Shown: positions 24,201-36,476, counted from the first letter of the whole stretch. The stretch: DNA of 61,962 bases, filler included, from Sphacelaria rigidula (GCA_964200075.2; 9 parts of 9 records of this genome joined end to end with filler, not necessarily neighbours in it); one strand, 5' to 3'. Made by a program: numbers and translations. Notes: a model not told the origin generated them from the letters alone.

Positions 24201-26522
24201 GATGGACGACACGCATCAAACAGCTGGATGTATCCAGCTGGAGAGCGAAGTACTTCACAGGAGGGGAGTGCTACACCGACGATTCTCACGGGGTGTTCAC
24301 GGGGCCTTCTTTCGGAGACGACACAATGACCATCGAGGTGATCGAATTGCGTGTGGGCGCTATATAAATAAAAATGCTTGACAGCGGGCGTGAGGGATGC
24401 GGATGGTGCGCGGAGGGAGGGGGGGGGATGAAGCAAATGCTAAGCGATGGTTCAGGATGCGACTTCGATGGCTCGCTTTTACGAACTTGTGTCTTTGTAC
24501 GACCCCCGTAGCCGACACGCCATGCAGGGGGAGTATGTCGGATTTTTCATCTTATTGGCTTTTTTCATTTTCTCCAGCATACGTCTCCTATACTTCCCGC
24601 CTTTGTTGATATTTCTCTCGGTCGAGATTCCTTTCGCAAGCGTTTCCGCCTTGTTCACATTAGACACACACCCGGCCGATCGACGCCTCCTTAAAATCCC
24701 TCTGACGCGACGTTTTTCCCCTAGAGGGCAAAATGGCCCTCTGGAGGATAAACACCCACTTGAGGGTCATACTGCCTCTGGAGTGAACAGTGTAATGCGT
24801 GAGAGGACCGCGTGCTTAGAAAACCGCGTCGGATTTTGAGCATCCTTATGGTTATGGTTAGGGTTAGGGTTAATGCTGGGATTAGGGTCAGGGGCGTGAT
24901 CCCTGCAGGAACCGGTCCGATTGATAATGAAAAACGTCGATCCTGAGGTATTTCGAGCTACGATGCGGTCTTTTAAGTACGCGGTCCTCTCACGCATTAC
25001 AGACAGTACGCGAACTTTATAGAGAACGCATGATGCCTCAGTGACTTATGGGGGCGAAATCCCTCTAGAGGAACAAATAATAGGATGCTCTGGAGCACTC
25101 CAGAGGAAAAGCGGTCCTCCGGAATATGTACGAAACATCAAGGCTCTGAAGGGCACTTGTGTCCTCTATGCGCCAACCATTGTTGAATCCCACCAAGACC
25201 GATGCGGTAGTCCTCGGGAGCTACATAGTTATATGTGTACGCCACCATACTAAAAAGCAATAGCAGCCAGAGACATCTGTTCCCCTGCTTGCAGGCTCCA
25301 CCCTTATAGATACCACTCGAAATATCACCCGGCATAAACCAGAGACTACAAAATTATCCCCTGTACTGTACTATATATCATTGTAAGTTGTAGTCCCCCA
25401 CCATATCTACAACCCTTTAGTCCCGACATGACTCGCTCACTGTATTGAAAGCCCTAGTCCCCCATTACTACGCTCCTTGTCCCGACTTAACTTTGAGTCG
25501 CGTTTTGGTAGTCTCTGGGCTATAGCATTTTCTTCGGAGTGTGTATAAGGCTGGATCGTGCGCGCTGGCAAAAACGCGTCTCCTGCTACTGCTGCAAGTA
25601 TGACCGTGTGTATAGAAGCTTGCGGCCAGTGTATGCAATTTGTACAGCAGAGGCTGTTCGAAATACATCCTCATTGTGCCCAATTTAATATTAGAACCGC
25701 CTCTGCTGAGTGAGCAGTGTGGGATTTCCACAGCACGAGTGCCTTCAAAAACGACCCACAGGATATCGATATTGACACAAACTCTCGAGAGAGGCCCCAA
25801 CGTTGAAAACCCTCTAGAGGGAAACGCCGATTTTGAAAAACCCCAGAGAATTGCGAGTAAGATCCTCCGAGAGCGAATTCCGAAACGAGCGGCATGATGG
25901 GAGACGTTTGAAGAAGTCGCTAGAGGATTTTCGAGGCTAGCTCAATGAGGTCGTTACATTTTGAGTGTAAGGCAATCAATCGATTGAATCAGTAACATCA
26001 ATCGAAGTATTCAATGGTGTAGGAAGCGGTAGATGTCCTGTTACTGGTCCCCAAGGCAATTAGGTTGTCGGGCACTGCACAAGGTGAGGCTTAGTACTTC
26101 GGGCCTTACATTGGAGCCCTGAGTGCCGTTTTTCAATTTATACCTCAGTTATGTACCGTGGGGTATCCATTGATTTCGGGATCGGAACCCCCGGGACCCT
26201 AATGTATTCCGTATGCAAACACCTTGGAAACCCTGGAAGCGCTGAGTACAGCAGTACCGAGCCCTTACCACAGTTCCATTCTCCACGTTTCCGGAAACGA
26301 CTCGCATACAGTAGGTACTTGAAACTTCTCAATCAATCATACGAAAGAAAAGCCACATTTACATTCTTTGCTTCGTTGTTTCTCTGCTTCTTGTGCTTTC
26401 ACGCCCGCCCGGGATGACTCGTCACCCTTCCCCGTCGTTCGCCGTTTCGGGGATACTAGAGATGCGCTGGTATATGCGACGGAATAGGTGCCACGGACTT
26501 TGGTGTTCAGGCCGGCGGAGAG
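21251..26522 (+). CDS. Metzincin (peptidyl-Asp/reprolysin-like) metallopeptidase homologue with a WSC domain, internal exons; zinc motif degenerate
   Basis: Exons 21251-21442 (...NCVDTFYHTHEFGFNMGCKDDRDN...YSHGMRYC...), 23584-23725 (YITIMSNSC...VNFFSNPAVSYLGRPTGAEDANNARTI), 24224-24337 (...ECYTDDSHGVFTGPSFGDDTMTIE) and 26460-26522 (RCAGICDGIGATDFGVQAGGE). All introns are GT-AG and phases 2/0/0 are consistent. Confidence 0.8.
21592..21960. repeat. Tandem duplication of a ~185-bp unit (intronic)
   Basis: GCATAGGCATTTCAC...CGACGGGTCTGAT occurs at 21592-21776 and 21777-21960 with scattered substitutions. Confidence 0.9.
22540..23290. repeat. Long degenerate (ATT/ATG/GTT)n microsatellite (intronic)
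   Basis: About 750 bp of attatg/attatt/gttatt units. Confidence 0.95.
24791..25001. mobile_element. MITE with ~40-bp terminal inverted repeats and internal telomere-like GGGTTA repeats
   Basis: TGTAATGCGTGAGAGGACCGCGT... pairs with ...ACGCGGTCCTCTCACGCATTACA. GGTTAGGGTTAGGGTT lies at about 24856-24871. Confidence 0.75.
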
Positions 26523-26981
26523 GTATGTTGATGGGTGATTCGGACAGTAGTATAGTGAAGTGAACCTTGGAGTGTGACACGTGCAAACGCCATCGTCACA
26601 GGACTGTCGTCGGGATATTCGCGGAGGAATTGTACCGTAGTGGACACCTTTCGAGGACATTTAATCTCTGGGAAAATGTAGGATGCGAAAATTCTAGAGA
26701 CTCTGCTCCGAGTACACGCAATCCTGTGTCTTGTCCCGAGTCATGCTAAGATAGGGGGGGGGTGTTTTCGGGTCGTTTACTTCCACGAAATCCCACCTCA
26801 ATCGCCGTTGAAAGTAGCCAACAACAGTTGTTCGAACGCGCTTGTTCCCGATAAATGATGCTAATTCACACTGGTTTACACCGCTTTCACTCAAATACAA
26901 GCGCACCGCGAGTGTTTTAGATCGTTTGACGCATCAATGAGCATTTTTTTCGTGGAATCGAACACCCCCCCCTCCTTCCCC

Positions 26982-27486
26982 CCCCCACCCTATAGTAGCA
27001 TGGCTCTCCCACCGAAGTGAAGTGTGATGCGTTATGCAAGCATGAAACTCGTGTCGGCAAAAAGATGAAATGAAATCACACCACAAAAAGTCGAAGAGCT
27101 GCGGGAGTGATGCTCGAATCCTCCTTGGTACAGTGCACAGTGAGTAAATGCCTAAGACGGAGATAAATGGACTGATTCCTTGCATTCACAGAGTCGTGGC
27201 GAGGAAGAGAAGAGGTGGGCATGCGTCAAAAACAAAAGGTAAGCCTGGAAGTTTTCCTTGCCTCCTTCGTTATGGTTAGACTAGACTATGAACACAAATG
27301 CACCACTGTCGCATTCGGTCGGCGGTGAGTCCTTCAAGATCACACACAGCAGATGAATGCCTTGCATAACGCATCACACTCGACTTCGGTGGGAGAGCCA
27401 TGCTGCCATAGGGTGGGGGCGTACTCAAATTTGTTACGCCCCCACCCTATAGTAGCATGGCTCTCCCACCGAAGTCGAGTGTGATG
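26982..27486. mobile_element. Foldback/MITE with ~60-bp inverted arms, followed by a third arm
   Basis: CCCCACCCTATAGTAGCATGGCTCTCCCACCGAAGT...GTGATGCGTTATGCAAG at about 26983, its reverse complement at 27361-27419, and a forward copy again at 27439-27486. Confidence 0.75.
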
Positions 27487-28168
27487 NNNNNNNNNNNNNN
27501 NNNNNNNNNNNNNNNNNNNNNNNNNNNNNNTTAATTAATTAANNNNNNNNNNNNNNNNNNNNNNNNNNNNNNNNNNNNNNNNNNNNAGAAAAAAAAAAAA
27601 AAAAAAAGACGCGGAGAGGGGAGGGGGGGGGGGGGGGGGGGGGGCGGGCGGGGGGAGAGGAAAGACACGGCTGCAGTGAGTCGATGGCAACACACCAACA
27701 AGAGGGCGACGCGATATACATGATGTACATGCATTTCCATGTTCTTTACTCTTGCCATGGCGTCGCTTTACCCCGCCAAGGTTTTTCCATGGACATTCCA
27801 GAGTATGGGAAATGTACCCACACCGAGTGACAGTCATGCGGCATCCGCTAACACGGGGCGTGGAACGTGAACCGCACCCTCGCCTGCTCGCACAAAGTTA
27901 TGATTCATTACAACTTGATGCGAACGGGCCAGCAGGCGGCGAATTAGCAGTCAATTTGAAAAAAGACAAGAGCAAGCTTCATCTCTCATGCATCACACGT
28001 ATGGCTGGGGGAAGGTGTAAAAAATAGAGACGCAACATCAAGTGAGAACACAAAGACCACCCACGGCGTACCACCGACCTGTTCTACCCCAACGCTGGAA
28101 ACCCGTGTTCAGAGAGTTGTTCCGAAGTACACACATGTTCAAAGCCATATTCTTGATCAAGGACTCAC

Positions 28169-31100
28169 GTGAACTTGCTCGGTGAATTTTGCCTCCCGAC
28201 GATTAGACCAACCATCCGGCACGGAGAGGCTGGGTTCGCGTCTTCATCGGCCTGTCCGCACACATGGGAAAAAATGGGGTCCAAGCCGGGAGCACAAAAC
28301 GCCAAGAACAAAATAAAACACCAAATGGTGAATAACAAACGATACATATACATATATATACATATACATATAAATGCACATAGTTCGTCACTGCAAAACG
28401 GGGCAACACGACTACAGTAGGCTACAAGCAGTCACGGACATCCCAAAACACATACCCCGGAGCGAAGTACCGTGGTACGATGTGCCGAGCAACCAGACGG
28501 AAAAAGAAAAGGAAGGAAGGGAGTACATTGGTCGGGATGAAGAGCACAAAACCATGCATCTGTCAACGGAGACTCTACCCTGCCAGCACGTAGCCCTACA
28601 AACTGATATGCGCATTCTTGCCATGTCGGAAACCCGACCGCAACCGGTGGAGGATATTTATTTTTACAGTCGCTCAATACTACAACTGCACTCCCTGCAT
28701 CCTGCGCGCAGGGCTGTTCCACACAAGTTTCACATCGAGGATACACCTAGTTATCGTGGTGTATCCAGGGGAAGAAATGACGTACACGAAATGGAGCGCC
28801 TGGAGCATGAAGATACTCAGAGTAAAATCCGTGGCATCACGTAAAATTCAGGGTTTGGAACACGGCCAGCAAATTATGAAGAGAGAGATGGGGAAAGCGA
28901 CAGAAAAAAAGGCCGATGAAAGAGAGCCGGAGAGTAGTCCGAGCAGGAATTAGTCCGAATCACAGGAACAACGACACAACAGCAGCTTGCCTGAGAGGTC
29001 TGATGGTTCTTGATGTCAATGGGAGACGGGTCGGGCGTGAACTTGGGGTGCGAGTGGTACCACCCTACCATCTGTCAAAAGCAGCAAAAACACAGAAGAG
29101 AACGAAAATGGGAGAGGTGAGAGTGTGGCTCCAGGAAGTGGAACGCGTACACGCAAAAACAGTAGTTTGACCAAGGGCAAGAACGGTGCTTATGAAAAAG
29201 CGCGATGAAATGTCAGTGTTGTTTCGAGAGAGAAGACAAAAAGCAGAGGAGGGGTGAACCACCGAAGCATACAATACGGGGTTTTGACACTTGAAAGTCA
29301 TACTAGCGGGACAATTTCTTCCGCTATTGCTTCTTTCACGTTTCTCGAACAATTGGATCTTTTCCGACTTCTCGAAACAAAATTGCAGACAAAAAAACGA
29401 CACTAGATTTTCAGAGAAATACGTGTCGTCAACTTGTCCATTGCCTAGCCTGCGAAAAAAAATCGCATTTTTCGGAGAAAGTTGTTTTCCTCAAAGAGTT
29501 CGGAGATTTCGGGGGAGGGGGGACGGGGTATTCATGGTCCTGCATGCCAAATTCGTGCGACCATTGACCTCGCATCCCTACCAATCCGGGACGGAGCACG
29601 CCGGGTTCTGCCGGACCAGGTTCGTAAGCAATCAACAAGCGCAAAGCGCCGTGGTATGTTCGGCGAGGCGCATAAAGAGTGAGCTGCATCCTGCTGACAT
29701 TGTTTGGCCCGAAGCCTACTGATTATCTTGCATTTTGGAGAACAGCCTCCAACAAGTTGCTTGATTTTTTTGGTATCGCCACTTCTAGAGACAGCCACAG
29801 CTCTCACACTGCCTCATGGGTGTCTCACCATTTCAGCACTACGTACTAAGATCATCTCCTTTACGCGGAATTGAGGTTCCCACACAAAAAAAAAACGCAG
29901 ACGCGGAAAAAAACGGTAATTTGGTTGCCTAGCTCACTCAGTTAGTGGCGTGTTTGACACCGTGATTGCCAACCGACGCCAACCCCATAAGCGGTCTGGT
30001 GCATCCCCACAAAGCCGGGACGGAGAACGCCGGGTTTTCGCAGGACCAGGGGGGGTGGGTGGGGGTGGGGGGCAGTAGGGACGTTAACGATGCCCCTAAA
30101 CATGCTTTAACATCAATATGTCTCGTACAGTAGTGTGCGGTCTAACTATTTAGCAGGGTTTGGGGGTTTTCCTCGCGTACTACTTTTCGATAGAACTCGA
30201 AATTGCTAGCGTCGATAGATTTTGGTACAATAAACCTCAAACCACAGTGCCCAGATCGGTGCTAGTTGGTGTTATCGGGCGAAATGAGTAAATACCCCGC
30301 TCATCAGGAGGGTGTTTTTGACCGTGAAACACAGTTTTTCGGCTCCAGAGCAATAAGTAGGCAGAATTTCAAAGAAATAAAACTGTACTTTTTTTCAGAA
30401 ATGTGATCGGGACAGTCTCGATCGACCGAAAATACCGAAGAGTAATAATCTGGGCTGAAACGCCACGGGACCCCCGATGACGGGTCAGCCCGTAAGTCAC
30501 TCAATATTGAGTACAGGTGATTTTTTTTCTTCTTGGAATGTGGAGCGGATACAAATATCTTCATATTCCCTACGTGATGAGCGGTGACAAGCAAAAAGAG
30601 CCACAGAAAATCGCCAATTACGAAGAAATCACAAAATGCCTCAGAATGATTAGTTAGACCGCCCACTACTGTAGATTGCCTACAGGTATCGAGAGGGAGC
30701 AGGGACAGCTACACACCACCGCGTAGCGATCGTAATTCGACCCAATGTGTCATGAATGCAAAAGCTCCAAAATAACGGTGACTATAGTGCTCGTCACGCA
30801 ATACACACCAGCACAGCAGCCAAGAGCGATTGCCAAACTACCAGGACAAACCGGCGAGTCTTCCACCATTCCAACCTTAGAACAAAAGGAGACTTAACAT
30901 GATATCGGTAGATACTGTTGTAGACGAACCACACCCACTATTCAGCCGCAGAACGACCTCCTCCTTGGATAGATATTTTGTCGAAGTTTTGGCCACAGAA
31001 CAAGGATACCGAGCTCTCACGACCGGCCCACGACCACGTCCAAGCTAGCACTAGACACGACAGGAAGAGCTCGGACGTCTCAGGCATGGTCCGGAGGGCA

Positions 31101-32915
31101 TTGGCTTCCAAAGGGTTCATTCACTTCACAGCAAAGGGAAAAATGTTTCCACACACCTGCAATCCTTGCCGTTGCACGGCCTCCCCCGCCTCGAAGTACG
31201 ACATGGTGTCGAAGGCTACGTCCGTGTGGCCCTTATCTTGGCCTTCACGTCTCTCCTCTTTACAGGGAACCGCGGCCTGACTCACATGAATATTGAAGAA
31301 TTGGAAAAAGAGCAAAAGAAAAGTAGAAGGGGATGAGACAAACAAACGGAAAATCAGAAGGCATCATGAGGGATAGCGTGTCAAGAGCAAGATACCGTAC
31401 ACACACGGAGGATAATGTTGAGATCGAAGTCGCGATAGCCTGTTTCGCAAAGAACTGCGCACCAACCACTGTGAAACGTGATGGCACACTCGCCTGGTGT
31501 ATGCGCATCCGACGCACGAGAGAGACACCGGTCTGCTAGACTGAAATATGACAGCTGCGAATATCTCATGCAAGTACGACATGAAATGTCGTTGTATGCA
31601 AAATTGATGTACTGTTCAGGAGGTGCTCAGGGTAGGTAGAGTACGATACGAAGTAGGGTATGCTTGACTAGCGGGGTTTTTTTGCTGTCGGTATCCCGGG
31701 CACCCTGGACCGGTAAGAGTTGTTGGCATTCGGTACCCTGCGTGCCCTGCAATGCTGCGTGCATACTCAAAATACCCTCCAAAATACAGGGCACACCCAC
31801 GCCACGTGCCCGACCCACAGCATCCTGACTGGGTTTCACGTACGGAAGGAGAGACAGACAGGAGCATGATGCCCCATTCATCCCCAAATTGATCGCGACA
31901 ATCAAAAGTGAATGGATTGATGATTCGCACATTGGAAAAGAGCGGGGAAAGGTACAAGAAGGGAATTTTGAGGTGCTGACACCCTCCCTACTCGTGAATA
32001 CGGTGTATTTTCGACCGATGGTACTCCAAATACTCTCAACATCTATGGTCAATACCGTTACACTCCCCTGTCCGCGAGCCCTCACGCGTCTTTTCCTTGG
32101 AACTGAGGCAAACAGCGGCATCATGAATTCTGCAGGCAAGGTCGACACAAGGATCCGGATCCCTACAAATGCTGGAAAACAAGAACCACTGTGCGAGAGC
32201 ATGACCAAGCACTGGGCGTAACTCACGGGGGTCCGAAATCGAAAAAAAGGGACGCGTCGTCGACAAAACCCTCACGGCAATTCTAGCACGTAACCTCGAA
32301 GTTGTTCAGGATCGTTTGTTTTGCAGTATACATGCACGTTTAATGATTGTTATGACTGGGGCAGAGACCATGAAAATTGTACGAGCTAACCCATGAAAAG
32401 TAATACGAGTTGGGTAGTCGTAGTTGCAATTTTACACGTATATAAAAGCATGGCTTAATCGGTACTGTAACGGTCGGTCAGGGTAAAGAGCCATTGGTCC
32501 GAATCGCGACATATTTTGTACAACATAAATCACTCTTTTTTTCGTCAAGCAAAATATGTTTTCGTTCAAGCTGTGAGAACGTGAGCAGCAAACAAATTCG
32601 ACGAGAGTCGACAGGGCGTGGCATTGCTGGTGGTCATCATCCGATCATCGACCTCGAAATACCAAGCAGTCAATGGGAGGGGGGAGATGGGTTGATCCTC
32701 TTGAGACTGCGGACTCGTCCCAGCGAAGTGGGGAGGTTGGTACATGACAAGAAGTAACAGGGGCAACGGAACAGTGGCTCCGAGCGTTCTGCCTTCACCT
32801 GTACGTGCAGGACATTTTGGACGGGATCGAACCGGCCCGCCAAAATGCCGATGATTTCCGCCGCGTCCATGGCATATGCATGGACGTCCGCAACGAAGAG
32901 AACATTGGGGTGTAC
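28169..32915 (-). CDS. MPN+/JAMM metalloprotease (deubiquitinase-like, MPND/MYSM1-type MPN domain), internal exons
   Basis: Exons 32915-32799 (VHPNVLFVADVHA...EIIGILAGRFD), 31276-31157, 29071-28991 (VGWYHSHPKFTPDPSPID) and 28251-28169 (MVGLIVG). The JAMM motif E...H-x-H-x7-S-x2-D is intact and all junctions are phase 0. Further upstream exons are probable near 33020-33990. Confidence 0.88.
29530..29870 (-). mobile_element. Interspersed repeat family (GCAGCTCACCCTTT...GAACCCGGCGTGCTCCGTCCC...GAGGTCAATGGTC)
   Basis: Other copies at about 38600-38800 (+), 47340-47660 (-) and 54690-54985 (+), with partial copies at 29970-30050 and 41210-41277. Confidence 0.8.
30128..30671. mobile_element. Tc1/mariner(pogo)-type MITE
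   Basis: TIR CAGTAGTG(G/T)GCGGTCTAACTA ... TAGTTAGACCGCCCACTACTG, flanked by TA on both sides. A second copy lies at 59008-59557. Confidence 0.85.
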
Positions 32916-34482
32916 CTGCAACGACGGGCGCAACAGCAAGCGTCAACACACACTCACACGTTGGGTGCCCGAAATAGGTTGGCTGGGCGTGCATAACAAA
33001 GATAGGTGGAGTGCGTACGTTCATGTAAAAGGTACTACAAAAAAATCCAGGCGGAAGGTATGCAGCAGGTCGATTGGGTCTGCATGGTAGGTCAGCAAGA
33101 TCGCGCGTGGAAGACACTCGAGTACGCGATCCTGCACAGAAAAACGGCTTCCTATACGAGTAGGTGTATAGGAGGAGGGGGGGGGGGGGGAGTTCCCTAC
33201 AGTAGTGGCAAGCAACAAAGGATGTGCCTTCTTGATGTTATACCAATGACGATCTCCATTCTACCCTACATGTACGTGGATGATCGGGCCATGGCTTGCG
33301 GAGGCACCTGGTGTAGGGTGGTCAACCGCAACAATTCATGGGTGATATTGGAGATCCGAGTTGGGTTGTCCCAGTCTGTGTGTGGCTGAAGGTGGGGGTG
33401 TTGGTGCGGCAATACCGCGCCAAAGGACACCAGACTTGACTGGACCATGACAAAACCACAATATTATTTGGCGAGTACTGGCGGGTGACCACAACACGAT
33501 CATTCTTGGGGAATGACCACAACACGACGACTCTTTGAGCATGGCAACCCAAGCTTTCTTGGAGGATAACAATCAAAACACCCCCATCACCAAACCCTCA
33601 CGTTTACAAGAACAGAACAATAGTGTCAGACTGTATTCACCTCAACTCGGAAAGGCTGCTGCAAATGCTCGAAGTAACCACCCTTTGCCCCGTATACCTA
33701 TGCACAGTGAGCAGCACAGACGGACAGGTACACAGCAGATAGGCGAAACACGGAATCTCACGCTCAACAGCCTCATCACATGTGGAGGGCTAAAAAACAG
33801 ACAGGTAGGACACGCAGAAGGTTACACGTTAGCCAGCATCATGCACACTTTGCTACCCCGCGTCGTTTTTTTCCTACTTTCAAATCGCTTTAACTTTCCG
33901 TCCTCTTTCATTTTGTTCTTGGTAACTTCCACCACTTTTCGCGTGTTGATGAGATCAACAATGCGTCGAAATACCAGCTCCCAATTCCTGGCATGAAGCA
34001 CGGCAGAACTGTTCGACCGCCAAGATGAAATTTCTGACTGGCCCAGCTTGTACAAGAACACACAACGACCGACTACTTACCTACCGACTCTTCAATATCA
34101 ATGATGAGTTCGCGGCGACTTCATGCATCATCACTCAAAAGATGCGATCCATCGTCACGTGTCCAAACACGTGAAAACCCTTCAACTATTGAAAGACCCT
34201 AGCATGGATGGCGCTCTTCTCGTCTTCCTCGCGTCCCTTTTTCTTTGTTCCTCGTTCCCAGTTTACTCTGTTGCCTCTTTCCTTCCCTCTTTTTTTTTTT
34301 TTTTTTTTTTTTTTCTTTTTTTCTTTTTTTTTCTTCCTTTTGCGAGCAAACAATGACGTCTCTTTCCTCTTTTTTGACCACGNNNNNNNNNNNNNNNNNN
34401 NNNNNNNNNNNNNNNNNNNNNNNNNNTTAATTAATTAANNNNNNNNNNNNNNNNNNNNNNNNNNNNNNNNNNNNNNNNNNNN

Positions 34483-34814
34483 GAATTAAAATCCTCGTAT
34501 CCACACCAAATCTTCGACATATGGTTCCATTCCTTCACCCACTGATAGCTAATGACAACTGCTACAAGCCATAGAAGTTTGGATTTCGATCACCGAAATA
34601 TTAGGGTCCTAGGTGAAAAACTAATTTGGGGGAATTCCGGGTGTCCGAACGGACGCCAAAATGGTTCCGATATTGGTTTTCCATCTAAGACCCCAACATT
34701 TCGGTGATCGAAATCCAAATTTCTATGGCGTGTAGCAATTGTCGATAGCTACCAGTAAGTGAAGGAATGGAACCGTATTTCGAAGATTTCGTGTGGATAC
34801 GAAGATTGTAACTC
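34483..34814. repeat. Long imperfect hairpin (foldback MITE), arms ~140 bp
   Basis: 34483-34625 is a diverged reverse complement of about 34672-34814. Confidence 0.8.
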
Positions 34815-35130
34815 TCCGGGTTTTTCATCCCCAATGAAAGATCCATCCCCAATTTGTAAGATCTCGTGTTGACAGCCTTCGCCACGGCCGCGGACGCCTG
34901 GATTAGCTCTACCTCAGCGCCCGCCGCATGCCCTGCATGTTTCTTGATCGCTGCAGCCAATTGCAGCGGCGTTATTGTGTGCTTCTTATGGAATCTTCTC
35001 GCAAAAACGCGTTGGAGAGGGGTAGGCACGAGTTGCGCCATGGAAACCACCTGATGTCTTACCGCACCCTCCGCATTCGTATGCTCCACCCGCTTCTTGT
35101 ATTCCACGTATTTCGTATAAAACGAACGAG
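34815..35130 (-). pseudogene. Possible Gypsy-like gag fragment abutting the foldback element
   Basis: FYTKYVEYKKRVEHTNAEGAVRHQVVSMAQLVP recalls stramenopile LTR-retrotransposon Gag N-termini (from memory, not searched). No pol or LTR was seen. Confidence 0.35.
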
Positions 35131-35920
35131 AAGCACACTCAGAACACAAGACCTGGGAGGCCGCAACTCTTCTCTCAGAACAACTGGTGTTACAGTCGTC
35201 TCCGCTCGCTCTTCGGCCGGTACCTCTGTAGTCGACATTTCCAAGCAGACCTAGTCGAAGGCTTCTGAACCTTCTCGAACTCCACAATTCAAACCTGCCT
35301 TCGCCGCCGCACCACACAGCCGTGGGGTCCTATAAACTCCTGCTGCACGCAGCTCCAGCAAGTCTCCAGTCTGGATCAATCACGGGCCAGTCGTCTTCGC
35401 AGCTACCTCAGCTTGAACCCTCTCACGCGTCCGTGAAGCAATGTGTCCAAAGCTGTCCAGACTCCTTTCTACTGTAATTCCAGCAGTCACTAACGATAGC
35501 ACTACTAGCACGACTAGCACTAGCACTAATATCGATATTGTGACGCCAGCAGGTTGCTAGTACTGCAGCGTCTAATGCTGTCGAGGGACTCCCCAGTTCC
35601 ACTGGCCTCAGGTTTCAGTTGTTAGCCTTCACAACACCTTTTAGTATCCTGGAGTGCCATCCGGGCGGCTCCAAAAACCACATCATCAGGGTATCACCCC
35701 TGTGTCCATGTCATCATCCATATCATCGCTATATACTCAACGTGTGACGCCGTGATTTCGTCACACGGCACATGAGAAATTCGGTACGTACTGGTAACAT
35801 GCATGACGCCAGTCTCTCGAGCTATTGGTAATCGCCCAGCGAGGGCACACGAAGAACACGGGTGAGGAGCTTCCTCTCTGTCGTTGTGTTGTTGTCTGGC
35901 CACGAGGTGATACTGGTATC

Positions 35921-36476
35921 TGTGACGGTTTAAGAGACAACCAACCCTCGGAGTGAAAGTGACGGGGATCAAACCCCCACAACTAACTTTTGTGAGTGTT
36001 CAAGAGACGACCAACTAGACTACTGACCAGTCAGCGCTGGCTGGTCAGTAGTCTAGTTGGTTGTCTCTTGAACACTCACAAAAGTTAGTCGCTTGTTCGA
36101 TTCCCGTCGGACGCACTTTCTTTACAGACAAAAAAGGAGAGAAAACCTCTGTAAAAAATTAGCCCAAAGAAAAAGGGTGGGGTATAGCCTGGTGGCTATG
36201 TTTGGAGTGTACTGCTAACAACCCAAGTGCACACACTCTTGGAATGAGTGGGGGAGACGAGTAACTCTAGGTTACGGTGAAAGCGACAACACTAGAGGTT
36301 CTGATGGCAGTCGATAGAGCGCTGGAAAGGGAAGTCGCCCTCCTCGGAGTGAAGGGGACGGGGATTGAACCCCCACGACTGACTTTTGTGACGGTTTAAG
36401 AGACGACCAACTAGATTACTGACAAGTCAGCGCTGACTGGTCAGTAGTCAAATTGGTTGTCTCTTAAACCGTCACA
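35921..36476. repeat. Two spacerless palindromes composed of head-to-head tRNA-like (A/B box) units
   Basis: 35982-36089 has 54-bp arms with 2 mismatches; 36387-36476 has ~45-bp arms. Both are centred on CAGC|GCTG. Confidence 0.85.

Noticed and set aside
31616..32275. ORFs of 110-199 aa inside the MPN gene intron
   Set aside because: No recognisable domain or splice support, and part resembles a repeat also seen near 39530.
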